Shown: positions 37,017 to 50,400 of the stretch, piece by piece
Position numbering within the stretch: the first letter of the stretch is position 1
How the letters are laid out: each line of letters opens with the position of its first letter
Origin: Azolla caroliniana
Lineage: Eukaryota > Plantae > Polypodiophyta
NCBI GenBank assembly: GCA_043228905.1
Contig: JBHGNT010000021.1
Coordinates: 10,416,001 to 10,480,000 of the forward strand
Reading direction: 5' to 3'
DNA length: 64,000 nucleotides
Program-made: the position numbers and the translations under genes
Notes under the pieces: generated by a model
The model's input: only the letters and a program-made list of their open reading frames with translations
Told to the model about the DNA's origin: nothing
Database searches by the model: none

Positions 37017-40000
37017 TGTTGGGAGACAGGTCCCTCCGGATGGGAAGGGAGAAGAACAGTGCTGACGAACAATCTCGGCTGAGGCCAAAACCGGAAGAGG
37101 AGTACCCGGCTACGAAGAGCCGGATGGTGCAGACCCGGTATGAACCTGATGAAGAGACATATTCGTAAATATGTTTTTCTGAGAGTTCATCGAGGCTATA
37201 TTTGTAAATAACCGAAAAGTCATATTGGTATAAATATGACTTAGGGCAAACTTTTAGTCGTTGTTGTCATTTTTCTTGTTGGTGCAAGAAGAACAGAGAG
37301 TACGTAAAGTTGTACAGAGAGAGAGAGAGAAAGAGGTCGCTGCCTCTGTTGTAACCGCCGCCTGTGGCGAAGATCGTGAGTCCGAGGTCGTTGCCTCCGT
37401 GAACTCACTGTTTTGTATATTCCTACATAGTGACAGTTTGCAGCCTGTGGGCTGCTGTGGTTTTTCCCCTAGTTTGGGGTTTTCCACGTAAACCTCCTGT
37501 GTATTCTCTTCTTCTTCTTGTCGTGTTTTTTATTTCTCGTTTTTCTATGTATCATTCTAAGCTTGGTTGTGGCCGAGCGTTGTGCATTAGGAGCGTTGAG
37601 TTCCCGTCAACTGGTATCAGAGCGAAACGACACAAAAAATGGACGAATCGTTTGGCGGCATGTTCAAGCTCACCGGCTCCAACTATTCAGTGTGGAAGTC
37701 GAAGATGAGGGACATGCTCGTGGTTAAAGACCTCTAGCTACCGGTTCAGTTTGGGGACAAGAGACCGGACAAGATCGACGCCACAATATGGGAGGTGATG
37801 CACATGAAGACAACGGCGTACATACGGTGCTTCATCGACATGAGCCTATACAACAACTTCAATGAAGAGAGCAAGGCTCATGAGCTCTGGGAGAAGATCG
37901 GCATAATGTTTCAGAACAAAAATGTTGTCAATCAGGTGTCGGTATTCCGGAAGCTAGTAAGACTCCGGTACCAAGACGGCTCCAGCATGGCGGAGCACAT
38001 GAATGCCTTCCAGGGGCTGATACACCAGGCAACATCATTGAAAGTACCTCTCGCCGACGAGGTACTAGCGCTACTCCTGCTCGGTTCCCTCCCAGATAGC
38101 TGGGAGACGTTGGTTGTCACTTTGGGCAACGCCGGGCCGGAAGGAAAGCGGTTATCCCTAGCAAGAGTAAAATCGAGCTTGCTAGATGAGGAGGTGCGTC
38201 GGAAAGATAAGGATACAAGATCCGACTCCAAAGCGCTCATTACCGAATCGGAACGCGGAAGACATACAAACCGTAGTCCCCAGAACCGGGAGAAGTCAAG
38301 GACACGGTCAAAGTCAAGGGGGAGGCCCACTTGCTTCTATTGCGGCAAGCCGGGTCACTTCCAAAAGAACTGTCGGCATTTCCGTAAAGACAAGGAAACC
38401 GACGGTACCGATTTGGAGCGGACCCCGGACCGGAACGGTAAAGACCGGAAGGGGACGGACCGGAAGGGGACGGACCGGAAGGGAACGACGACAATCGTGG
38501 CAAGTGAAGAAGAGTTGATGCTCATCACCGAGGAGAGTGAGATAAACCTTGCCAACGACGAGGTGACCTGGGTGGTAGACTCCGGAGCGTCGTTCCACCT
38601 TACCCCGGACTCGAAATGCTTCTCATCCTACTCAGCCAGTGACCACGGTTGTGTCCGGATGGGGAATGAAGGTACATGCCGAATTGTCGGCATAGGACAC
38701 GTGTGGCTGTCCACACCAACCGAATGCAAGTTGCTGCTGAAGGATGTCCGACACGTTCCGGAGGTTCGTCTGAACCTGATATCAGCTGGTCGGCTAGATG
38801 ATGAAGGCTACACGGGTAGCATCCAAAACGGTGTCATGAAGTTCAGCAAAGGGAGCCTAATTGTGGCTCGGGCCCGGAAGGTCAACACATTGTACCTGAT
38901 GAATGCCCGGTTATGCCCGGAAGGAGTGAACGTGGCATCCGACACTGCCGGTGAGCTGTGGCACAAGAGACTATGTCATATGAGCAAGAAGGGGATGAAG
39001 AGGCTTGCAGACGACAACCTCATTCCAGTGAAGAACATGCACTTGGAGAAGTGCACTGACTGTCTGGCTGGTAAACAAAACCGGACCTCCTTCCGACCAA
39101 GGCCACCGATGAGACGTAATGCACCACTAGAGTTGGTGCATACGGATGTGTGTCAAGTAGACACGAAGTCACATGCCAGAGCGCAGTACTTCGTGACATT
39201 CATAGATGACCACAGCCAGAAGCTATGGGCCACACCGTTGAAGACGAAGGATCAGGTGCTATCCGTCTTCAAAGAGCTCCACGCGAGAGTGGAAAGAGAA
39301 ACCGGCCGGAAGCTGAAGGCGGTTCGAGCAGACAACGGAGGAGAATACCGGGGGCAGTTCAAGCAGTACTGCCGCTCGAAGGGAATCCGGCTCGAATTTA
39401 CCGTGTCGAAGACGCCGGAACTAAATGGACTGGCCGAGAGGATGAACCGAACCATAATGGAGAGAGTCTGGAGTATGCTAGCGCACGCAAAACTACCCAA
39501 GAAGTTTTGGGCTGAGGCATTGTCGACGGTGACATACGTGATAAACAGATCACCCTCAGTACCCTTGGATGGAGACACGCCACAGAGAGTATGGACCGGT
39601 AAGGAAGTGTCCTACCGGCATCTGAAGGTGTTGGGGTGTCTCGCATACATGCATGTAGCAAAGGACCGGAGAGGAAAGTTAGATCCAAAGACCCGGCCAT
39701 GCATATTCCTCGGTTACGGTGACGATGAGTTCGGCTACCGAGTGTGGGACCTAGTCGACAAGAAGGTATTCCAGAGTCAAGATATTATCTTCATGGAGGA
39801 CAAGACGCTCGCCGACTAGGAGTCAGAGAAGAAGATAATGAACTCCGAGTCGACTGGTAAGGATCGACTCTATGATGAGCAGACCCAACCGGCAAGAGAC
39901 CGGTTAGCACTCGAGGGACCAGCCTGTTACGGTGAGGATACCGAACAGGCTTAAGAAGAAGTAGTGGAAGCTGAAACCGGAACCTGCCTAGACCCCGAAT

Positions 40001-42100
40001 CGGATTCGGATGAAGAGCAGATGGACGAGCCGGTTACCGAAGCCCAAAGACGGAGATATCCTCTCAGAGAGAGAAGGGTCCCCCGTAGATTTCCGGATGG
40101 AGAGCATGCTCTGCTGACCGATGAGGGGGAGCCGGAAAGCTTCGAAGAAGCGAAGGAAGACACCCATAGCCGAAAATGGTTAAGTGCCATGTAGGACGAG
40201 ATGGATTCCCTGCATGAGAACCATACGTACGAATTGGTGGAGCTGCCGAAAGGAAAGTGGGCCCTCCGAAACAAGTGGGTGTACAAGTTGAAACCGGGAG
40301 ATGCCAGCAACCCCCGAGATACAAAGCCAGGATCGTGGTGAAGGGGTTCCAGCAAAAGAAGGGCGTGGACTTCGACGAGATATTTGCCCCGGTAGTAAAG
40401 ATGACCTCCATCCGGACGGTGCTGAGTATAGCAGCAAGCATGGACCTCGAGGTAGAGCAGCTGGACGTGAAGACGACATTCCTTCACGGCGACCTCGAAG
40501 AGGAGATCTACATGCAGCAACCGGAAGGATTCGTGGAGAAAGGGAAGGAGCACCTGGTATGCCGGTTGAAGAAGAGCCTGTACGGACTGAAGCAGGCTCC
40601 CCGACAATGGTACCGGAAGTTCGACTCCTTCATGACCGATCAAGGGTACCACAAGACGCAGGCTGATCACTGCGTGTTTGTGAAGAAGTTTGAAGGAGGC
40701 GACTTCCTGATACTCCTTCTGTACATGGATGACATGTTGATCGTTGGACGGGACCAAGTCAAAATACGGATGCTGAAGAAGGCTCTCAACCGGACCTTCT
40801 CAATGAAAGACTTGGGTCCGGCAAGACAGATGTTGGGGATGCACATCATCCGGAACCGGTCAGCGAAGCAATTATGGCTGTCACAGGAGAAGTATGTGAC
40901 AAAGGTGCTTCACCGGTTCAACATGTCAGAAGCGAAACCGGTCGGATCAACACTTCCGGCAAACTGCAGGCTATCCGGCAAGCAAAGCCCTAAGACAAAA
41001 GCAGAGAAGGCGGATATGATGAAGATTCCATATGCCTCTGCCGTCGGGAGCTTGATGTACGCAATGGTTTGTACTCGACCGAATATAGGATACGCAGTCG
41101 GAGTGGTGAGCCGGTTCATGAGTAATCCCGGCAAGGAGCACTGGAACGCGGTCAAATGGATACTCCGGTATTTGAAGGGCACTTCAAATATGTGTCTCCG
41201 ATTCGGCTCCGAAAAACCTCAACTGGACGGTTTCACCGATTCGGACATGTCGGCTGATGTGGATACCAGCCGGTCTACATCTGGGTATGTAATGACATAT
41301 GCAGGGGGAGCTGTTTCGTGGCAGTCGAGGCTGCAGAAGACGGTTGCATTATCAACCACGGTGGCGGAGTACATGGCAACTGTGGAAGCCGACAAGGAAA
41401 TTTTATGGATGAAGGACTTCATCGGAGAGCTCAGTAAACGGCAAGAGGAATACCGACTCTATTGCGACAATCAAAGTGCCATCCACCTTGCTAAGAATGC
41501 TGCCTACCATTCCCGGACGAAGCATATCCAGTGGAGGTATCATTGGATACGGGAAAGAGTAGATGACCAGGAGTTCACACTGACGAAGATCCACACGGCC
41601 GAGAACGGGTCAAATATGCTGACCAAAGTGTTGACACCCGAAAAGCTGGACGCATGCCGGAAGAGGATCAGACTGGTAAGACACCCCATGCCGGAGTGAA
41701 GGGGGTGTTTCTTGGGAGACAGGTTCCTCCAGATGGGAAGGGAGAAGAACAGTGCCGACGAAAAATCTCGGCCGAGGACAAAACCGGAAGAGGAGTACCC
41801 GGCTACGGAGAGCCGGATGGTGCAGACCCGGTATGAACCGGATGAAGAGACATATTCGTAAATATGTTTTTCTGAGAGTTCATCGAGGCTATATTTGTAA
41901 ATAGCCGAAAAGTCATATTAGTATAAATATGACTTAGGGCAAACTTTTAGTCGTTGTTGTCATTTTTCTTGTTGGTGCAAGAAGAACAGAGAGTACGTAA
42001 AGTTGTACAGAGAGAGAGAGAGAAAGAGGTCGTTGCCTCTGTTGTAACCGCTGCCTGTGGCGAAGATCGTGAGTCCGAGGTCGTTGCCTCCGTGAACTCA
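37017..42100 (+). mobile_element. Ty1/Copia element (Tnt1/Tork-like), nearly full length, 3' LTR truncated
   Basis: 5' LTR 37017-37609; PBS-Met TGGTATCAGAGC at 37612-37623. gag-PR-INT 37639-39819 (CFYCGKPGHFQKNC, WVVDSGAS, LWHKRLCH). RT-RNase H 40257-41699 (KKSLYGLKQAPRQW, LYMDDML). PPT ~41692-41709; 3' LTR 41710-~42100. Several stops and one frameshift. Confidence 0.95.
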
Positions 42101-42699
42101 CGTACTCGATTTGGTGGAAGGAGCCTCGATTTGGTGGAAGGAACCTCCAATGCCGCCTCGATTTGGTGGAAAAAGCCCCAAATCACCACGACATCAACTG
42201 CAATCGGTGGAAGTGAGAAAGTCGTTGTCGAAGAAGTGACTATTGGCTGCTACCTAAACCCTCAGAATAGTCTATGTACCTCAACCTAAACCTAACAAAA
42301 ACAGAAACCCTAAAAATATCAGAAATCCTCAACTCAAACTCTCCAACCAGACATGGATGTCTGAGATTTAGATTGAAGGAAAATCAGAAACATGACATGG
42401 ATGTCTGTGATGAAAAGCTCAGAGGGATAGAGGAAGAGCAGTATGAGGGGAAGCGCCAAAACGACGTGAGGGGAAGCGCCAAAATCGACGTGAGAGGAAA
42501 ATAGCCCCCAAAATGGAAGAACATCTCCTCACGTGTTCCCCCCACTCCTTCTACAGTAAATGACACTTGTACTACAGTCACCCCACTCTCCAAAATCGAT
42601 TTTCTTTTTCTCTAATTTTTTTTCTGAATTATTCAGTACTAACAATATTGAAAGTACTGACAAGTTTTGTGGCCAAAAACAGTATTTTTCTGGTACAAT

Positions 42700-45600
42700 T
42701 TAATAGATATGGTTGATACAATTCCGTGTGCTCGTGTATGTGTACGTGTGACAATTTAATAGATATGGTTGATTTAATAGAGCAGGTTTAATTGGGTAAT
42801 TTGTTGTGTTCGAAGGACAGCAAAATGTGTCATAACTCACGGTGTCTGGTCTTTTTGTAGAGTATGTGCGTTGGTGAAGTGTCGCTTCAGAGATATATTT
42901 GCTTATTGTCCTCGAAGCATGACAGCCTAGTGACTATCATTTTCATTGCTTTGAAGTGTTTGTAGGTTACTTCAAGAGTAAATAGTTGTTGATGCAATTG
43001 TGAACATTCAACATAATCTAGTCTTATTCTTGAGCCTAGCTACATCTAGCCTCTCGAGTGGCAACTCCAAGTCTTTTGGCCTTCTTTTAAATTGTCTTAT
43101 CCTTGTTGCCAAAAAATCCTCTCGGTTTATCTCATTTTCCTAGGACATCGCTACCCATGATGTGATCGTTTCCTCAATGGGCATCATTGACTTTTGTCCG
43201 TACATGAGCTTCACTCGCATGAACCCTTTCACCGAATTGTGGGCGGTTTTGTCTGCCCACAAGGCCGAAGGTAATAATTGAGTCTGGTCTCTGACCCAAG
43301 ATTCGCAAGCTTTGATGTTAGCCTTAACTTTACGTCTGTGCTTTTGGGTTATAAGCAATCATGAGGGAGAACTTCAGTTTGATTTGTTCAAAGAGCTCTA
43401 TAGATTCATCAGCGTTCAACTCTCCCCTATCTACCACTATCTTTCCATTTTCTCAGGACATCGCTACCCATGATGTGATCGTTTCCTCAATGGGCATCAT
43501 TGACTTTTGTCCGTACATAAGCTTGACTCGCATGAACCCTTTCACCGAATTGTACGAACCATACACGAGGACACGAACGCACGAACCACAAATGACGACC
43601 ACTCGTGCCCACAGGTACACGGACACTAACACGAGGAGCAACAAACACACGAATCGATCATGAACACCACGAACAAGCTGATCACACAAAACATGAACCA
43701 CAAACACTAACTCACGTACACGCGAGCGCACGAGCACGCGAACACGACCTCACCACAAACGCAACGAGCAATGAGAGACGATCACCCGAGCACACAAAAG
43801 ACAATATGACACATGACCGCACGAGCACCTCACGCACAAACAAAGCCACACGTACACATACATGAGCACATGGAATTGAGACAACCCATAAGAGAAAAGT
43901 GTGAACTTGCCTAGGCCCCCAGAGGCAAGTTTACACTTGTCCCTTATGGGTTGTCTCAATTCCTAGGATTAAAAGTAATCCTCCCTTCTTTACACTATCA
44001 ATTAACCCTCATTTTATCCTCGTGTGTAGAATACTACTGTAGAACTTACCACAAGATAATTTATGGTCATGCCCTTAATAGTAGATTTGGTTTCCATGGC
44101 CATGGGAGTGGGTCAAATGTAGTACTTCGTGCTAGCAAGAGAAGACCTGACAAAGCAAGTAGAAGGAAGAGCCATGAGAAACAAAACGACGGCAATGCTA
44201 TGTAAGTTCTTGCTTGAAAACATCTTCTGCCTATATGGTAGCATTGGAAAGATAGTGGTAGATAGGGGAGAGTTGAACGCTCATGAATCTATAGAGCTCT
44301 TTGAACAAATCAAACTGAAGTTCTCCCTCATGATTGCTTATAACCCAAAAGCACGGACGTAAAGTTAAGGCTAACATCAAAGCTTGCGAAGGATGGGTCA
44401 GAGACCAGACTCAATTATTGCCTTCGGCCTTGTGGGGAGACAAAACCGCCCACAATTCGGTGAAAGGGTTCATGCGAGTCAAGCTCATGTACGGACAAAA
44501 GTCAATGATGCCCATTGAGGAAACGATCACATCATGGGTAGCGATGTCCTGAGAAAATGAGATAAACCGAGAGGATTTTTTGGCAACAAGGATAAGACAA
44601 ATCAAGAGAAAGCCAAAAGACTTGGAGTTGCCAGTCGAGAGGCTAGAAGTAGCTAACCTCAAGAATAAGACTAGATTACGTTGAATTTTCACAATTGCAT
44701 CAAGTACTCTATACTCTTGAAGTAACCTAAAAATACTTCATTCTTATAGAAGAGGAGAGATGGTGGTGTCGAGTGAAGAACATTAAGCGTCAAACACGAA
44801 CACACAAACCACGAATGACAAGTGCTTGTGCCCACGGGTACAAAAACACTAACACGAGGAGCAATAAACACACAAACCGATCATGAACGCCATGAACAAA
44901 CCGATCACACGAAACACAAACCGCAAACACTAACTCACGTACACGCGATCGCACGAGCACGCGAACACGACCTCACCACAAACGCAACGAGCAATGAGAG
45001 ACGATCACCCGAGCACACAAAAGACAATATGACACATGATCGCACGAGCACCTCACGCACAAACAAAGCCACACATACACATACACGAGCACACGGAATT
45101 GAGACAACCCATAAGAGAAAAGTGTGAACTTGCCTAGGCCCCCAGAGGCAAGTTTACACTTGTCCCTTATGGTTTGTCTCTATTCCTAGGATTAAAAGTA
45201 ATCCTCCCTTCTTTACACTGTCAATTAACCCTCATTTTATCCTCGTGTGTAGAATACTACTGTAGAACTTACCACAAGATAATTTATGGTCATGCCCGTA
45301 ATAGTAGATTTGGTTTCCATGGCCATGGGAGTGGGTCAAATGTAGTACTTCGTGCTAGCAAGAGAAGACCTGACAAAGCAAGTAGAAGGAAGAGCCATGA
45401 GAAACAAAACGACGGTAATGGTATGTAAGTTCTTTCTTGAAAACATTTTCTGCCTATATGGTAGCATTGGAAAGATAGTGGTAGATAGGGGAGAGTTGAA
45501 CGCTCATGAATCTATAGAGCTCTTTGAACAAATCAAACTGAAGTTCTCCCTCATGATTGCTTATAACCCAAAAGCACGGACGTAAAGTTAAGGCTAACAT

Positions 45601-46145
45601 CAAAGCTTGCGAAGGATGGGTCAGAGACCAGACTCAATTATTGCCTTCGGCCTTGTGGGGAGACAAAACCGCCCACAATTCGGTGAAAGGGTTCATGCGA
45701 GTCAAGCTCATGTACGGACAAAAGTCAATGATGCCCATTGAGGAAACGATCACATCATGGGTAGCGATGTCCTGAGAAAATGAGATAAACCGAGAGGATT
45801 TTTTGGCAACAAGGATAAGACAAATCAAGAGAAGGCCAAAAGACTTGGAGTTGCCAGTCGAGAGGCTAGAAGTAGCTAACCTCAAGAATAAGACTAGATT
45901 ACGTTGAATTTTCACAATTGCATCAAGTACTCTACACTCTTGAAGTAACCTACAAACACTTCAAAGCAATGAAAATGATAGTCACTAGGTTGTGATGCTT
46001 CGAGGACAATAAGCAAATATATCTCTGAAGCCACACTTCACCAACCCACATACTCTACAAAAAGACCAGACACCGTGAGTTATGACACATTTTGCTGTCC
46101 TTCGAACACAACAAATTACCCAATTAAACCTGCTCTATTAAATTT
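42700..46145. repeat. Rearranged block (inverted and tandem copies of an LTR-fragment + Gypsy-integrase unit) copied from 51150-54610
   Basis: 1223-bp tandem period (ORFs 43951 and 45174). 42760-43550 is an inverted copy. The block is bounded by ATTTAATAGAGCAGG / CCTGCTCTATTAAAT. Confidence 0.88.
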
Positions 46146-47480
46146 TCATCACAATTCAATATAATGTATTGAGTTCATGCTTAAAGTAATTTTTTCTATT
46201 TTTTTCTATTTTGTTTCATTTTTTTTCAATATGTTTTTTAATTTTTATTGATTTTGTTTTATTTTTTAAACATCAATTTGAAACATTGTATCGACTTGTG
46301 ATAAAAACTCTGGTTTTTTCATCACTTATTAAACCTTAATTGTTTTTTAGAAAAAAAACAAAATAACAAAATAAAATAGGAAAAAATGTAATTATTTTTT
46401 TAAAAAAATCCGAAATAAAACTTTAAATATCGAGTTCATGTAAAAAAGTTAGCTTTTCAACATGAACTCGATACGTCGTATCGAGTTCATGTAAAAGTGT
46501 TAGCTTAGTTCATGTCATGATATGGTAGGACATGAACCCATGACCTTATGTTACATGGGTTGAGCTCTTGACCATTAGACCATACATTGTAATACATAAA
46601 ATATTATTTTCATCACTTATTAAAGCTCAAAAAAAATTTAGAAAAAAAACAAAATACCAAAATAAAATAGGAAAAAATGTAATTATTTAAATAAAAAAAT
46701 CCAAAATAAAACTTTAAACATGAACTCCATACGCCGTATCAAGTTCATGTAAAAAAGTTAGATGAGCTCATGTCATGATATAGTAGGACTCAAACCCATG
46801 ACCTTATGCTACATGGGTCGAGCTCTTGACCATTAGACCATATATTGTAATATATAAAATATTATTTTCATTTTTACTATATCGAGCGTTCCTTGTATAT
46901 TCTTCTCACACAGTATATCGCTGTCATCATCATTCCATCTCAGTCCCTCTCTCTCTCTCACTCTCTCTCTCTCTTCTTTTCTCAAGGGTTCCACACCTAA
47001 AATTCTTCTTAGTACTAATATTTCTCTCTTAGTACTAATTTCGTCTTTGTCTTAGAATTTTTTTTGAGCTTTAATAAGTGATGAAAAAACCAGACTTTTT
47101 ATCACAAGTCGATACAATGTATCGAGTTCATGTTTGAAATTATTATTTTTTCCATAAAAATAAAAAAAAATTGAAAAATAAATAAATAAAATTGAAAAAA
47201 ATAAAAAATTTTGAAACAAATTGAAAATGTTTTTTAAAACATTAGAAAAATTTACTTTAAACATGAACTCGATACATTGTATCGAATTGTGATGAAAAAT
47301 CTGGTTTTTCTATGAGCTCAAGCTTAATTTATTATTATTATTATTATTTAAATCTGTTAAAAAAACTTTGAACATGAATTCAATATATTGTATAACGTTA
47401 TGATGAAAACTCTATTTTTTACATCAATTCAATACAACATATCGTGTTCGTGTTTAAAAATCTTGTTGTTTTTCAAATAA
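46145..47480. repeat. Palindrome-array subterminal region of the large transposon, with a duplicated tRNA-like/LTR-like insert
   Basis: The same CATGAACTCGATAC..GTATCGAGTTCATG units as at 4040-5400. Duplicated insert at ~46510-46610 and ~46770-46870. Confidence 0.8.
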
Positions 47481-50400
47481 ATGAGGTTTTTTAAAGATGT
47501 ATGTTGCACAACAAGATACCTTATGGTAAATATGTGCTTCATTTATTAGAAGAAAACCATTAATAATTGTGTTGATGGTAATTGAACTTTGCAAATGCCA
47601 TTTACTTCACAAATTTTGAAGGGGAATTCTTATAAAGAAGGAGATTATAACATTGTAGATACCCTGATAACTATGTGTTATGTTCAAATTGCACATCTAA
47701 AGTTTGACAGTTTATGAATATCGTCTACATTTTAGGAGTTGTGGATTTATTCTTGAGTTGTGAATTTATGGATGTTAATGAGCACTAATTTATAGATGAT
47801 GACATTAAGGATTGCAATATTGCCTTTTATACTTAAAACATTTTCAAGTCTAACAATAGATGTAATCTTAATCTCCTCAAGATGGTGAAACCATTAATCT
47901 TAACTTGTGCCTTGAGTTGACCATAATTGTGATTTTCTTTAAGTTAACTACATTTCATATCTGCAAACCATCAAAATTTAAACATTTATCCCTAAACTAT
48001 TCAATTTTAGAAAAATTATCATTTTGAAATTTGTTAAATCTCAAAAAATTAGCAAAATTTACATGCTATTTAAAACACGTGATACTGGTGTATCAAGTTT
48101 TTGGAAATTGTCTAAAATCGCAAGATTATAAAAGGAATCTATAAGTGGAATGCACAATCCTTCCACTTGTGAATGCAAAGGTGTTCTTGGGCCTCTCGTC
48201 TTTTCGACCCTATCCCAGGTCTTCCTTCTCCGCATGTTGAGAGGGTGGCTCGCTCCACACCCTCTCTCGTGGTATCGTCGTACCGTGTTCCCGGCCTCTT
48301 CGTAGGCCTACTTCTTCCTCCCTTCTGGATCGGTTATCCGGAAGTCCGCTCTCCCAGTTCCCATCCGGGCTCGTTCGATCTCTCTTTGCATTGTCGGGTC
48401 CCATTCTACTACTGCCACCGTCAGTATCTTGGTCTTACATCGGATACGATGCCCACCGCCGAAGTCTCTAGCCCGGTGTGAGGTGACCCATAGGACCGGT
48501 CTTCGTTCCTCGCTTCCGAATCAGTTATCCAGAAATTCGCTCCGCCCGGTTCTCATCTGGGTCCGCCTGTCACTCTGCATTGTCGAGTCTCGTTCTCCTG
48601 CCACCACCATTAGTATCTTGGTCTATCGTTGGATCTGATGCCGACCGCCGAAGTCTCTAGCTCAGTGTGAGGTGACCCATAGGACCGGTCTTCGTTGCTC
48701 CCTTCCGATGTACTTCTCTCGAACTCGTTCGACCTCCTTGTTGTGCTCCCAACCTCTCCGTTGGTCCCTTTGTATATGCCCATTCCAGGCCTCGCATCCT
48801 CCTCTTCTTCGTTTCGGTTGCCCGCCTTGCTACCGCCACCGTCCGTCACTCTAGGTCTCAAGCCAGTTCTCGGGCCGGCTGCCGGAATCTCTAGAACCAG
48901 TGTGGGTAAGGTCCCGGCACCGCCGCTTGCCTCCTCCCCGCTTGATGTTTCGGGCAACCGTGCCCCGAATCCTCCGCCCATTCTCGAAGTAGCTCTTTCC
49001 GCTCTGTAGTCACTGGCCTCATCCATGGTCATCCCCTTTCCACGAGACGAGAGGGTCGCTAGCTTCGCACCCTCTCCCACGTCGTTGTCGCACGCTCTTC
49101 TGGCCTCCGCATAGGCCCCGTCCTCCGCGTGTAGGGAGGCGTATTCCTTAGCAAGTTGAAAAGGTGACTTGTTCCACACCTTCCCCGTAATGGCACCATC
49201 GTACCGAACACAGACCCCTACACGGCCTCATCATTATTCCGCATCGTCGAAAAGGCGGCTTCCTTCTCGACCTCTATTTGCCTCCTCGACCACCCATGCC
49301 CGTGCATCTTCGATAACTCCCTCGAAGGACCCCAAACCGTGACCTTCTTGAAGCTCTTTGTCCTCTTCATGCCATATGGCTACCACCACCCGGCAAACAC
49401 TTTAGCCTCATTGCCTCTCATACATCTCCTCATTGCCTCTCAATCCGAGCATCGTGGGCTTCAAAAGAAAATTTTGGACCCCGTGCCCACTCCAATGGTC
49501 GACTTCTTCGACCGCACTCTCAACGGCTTCCAAACCATTTCTTGTCCACACTTCTTCCGTGTATGTTCATCATCGCCTTCGACATTGCCTTCACCACAAA
49601 GCCTTCTTCATCCACCTCCATTCTCCCTTGCCGCCTTTCACGTCGGGTTCACCAAAGATGTCGCGGTTTTCCGCGAGTACGTGTAGGATCTTAGGCGGGA
49701 CCGCGGGGGTCTTGGACTAGGGAGACGGATGGTGGAGTCCTTAAGCTTTGTGGGCTTCGGTCCAGAATCGGCTTCTGGCTCAAACGAATGTAGGGTTTCA
49801 CAAAAACGGTTCACCGCGAATATGGACCCGACTCAAATATGTTACAAAGAAGATAGATATACACTAACATGAATATATATTACAAGAGCTTTACAACAAG
49901 ACGGTTACATGCCCCGAATCCAGTGGCTATTACATATCAATAGGCTAATACAACAAGTTAAGAATGGGAACCGGCGAAGGCGAGTCAAGTAGGCCGCCGG
50001 GACCACAACGTCCACCGTTGGTCATGCCCCGAAGACGGTGGTGCCACTTCGCCCTCCCTTCTCGAACCGGCCGTCACAAGAAGAAGAACCTAAACGGAAT
50101 ACTAACGTCCACTCGAAAGAATGAACCAAACCCACGAGACAATGAAGAAGAATAAAATGCAACCCTAAAACGAAATAGGATGAAAAGACCAAAGTACAAA
50201 CCCTAAGGGAATAAGAATAAGATGAAGAGCAAGAAACTACCAAACCCTAGACCTAAGTGGTATACCCATCCTAACTGAAAATGGGCAACCCTTTTACAAG
50301 GGGCACTCCCTTCCTTTTATAGAACAAGCAGAGGGATGCGTAACAATGTGGGATAAATCCTATTGTACATGGGATCCTCTATCCCGAATTATCTCCTTTT

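Larger units (their letters stand above)
23907..48185 (-). mobile_element. Giant (24.3 kb including nested insertions) Sola2-like cut-and-paste DNA transposon
   Basis: 35-bp TIRs at 23907-23941 and 48151-48185 (30/35 match). 4-bp TSD CTTG at 23903-23906 and 48186-48189. The rejoined empty site ATCCTCCTTGGGCCTC matches an uninterrupted paralogous repeat of the host element at 23116-23131 (ATCCTCCTCGGGCCTC). Contains a Sola2-motif transposase. Confidence 0.9.

Noticed and set aside
49637-49654. tRNA-Trp gene
   Set aside because: Only the 3' 18 nt including CCA are present, next to an LTR; this is a primer-binding site.
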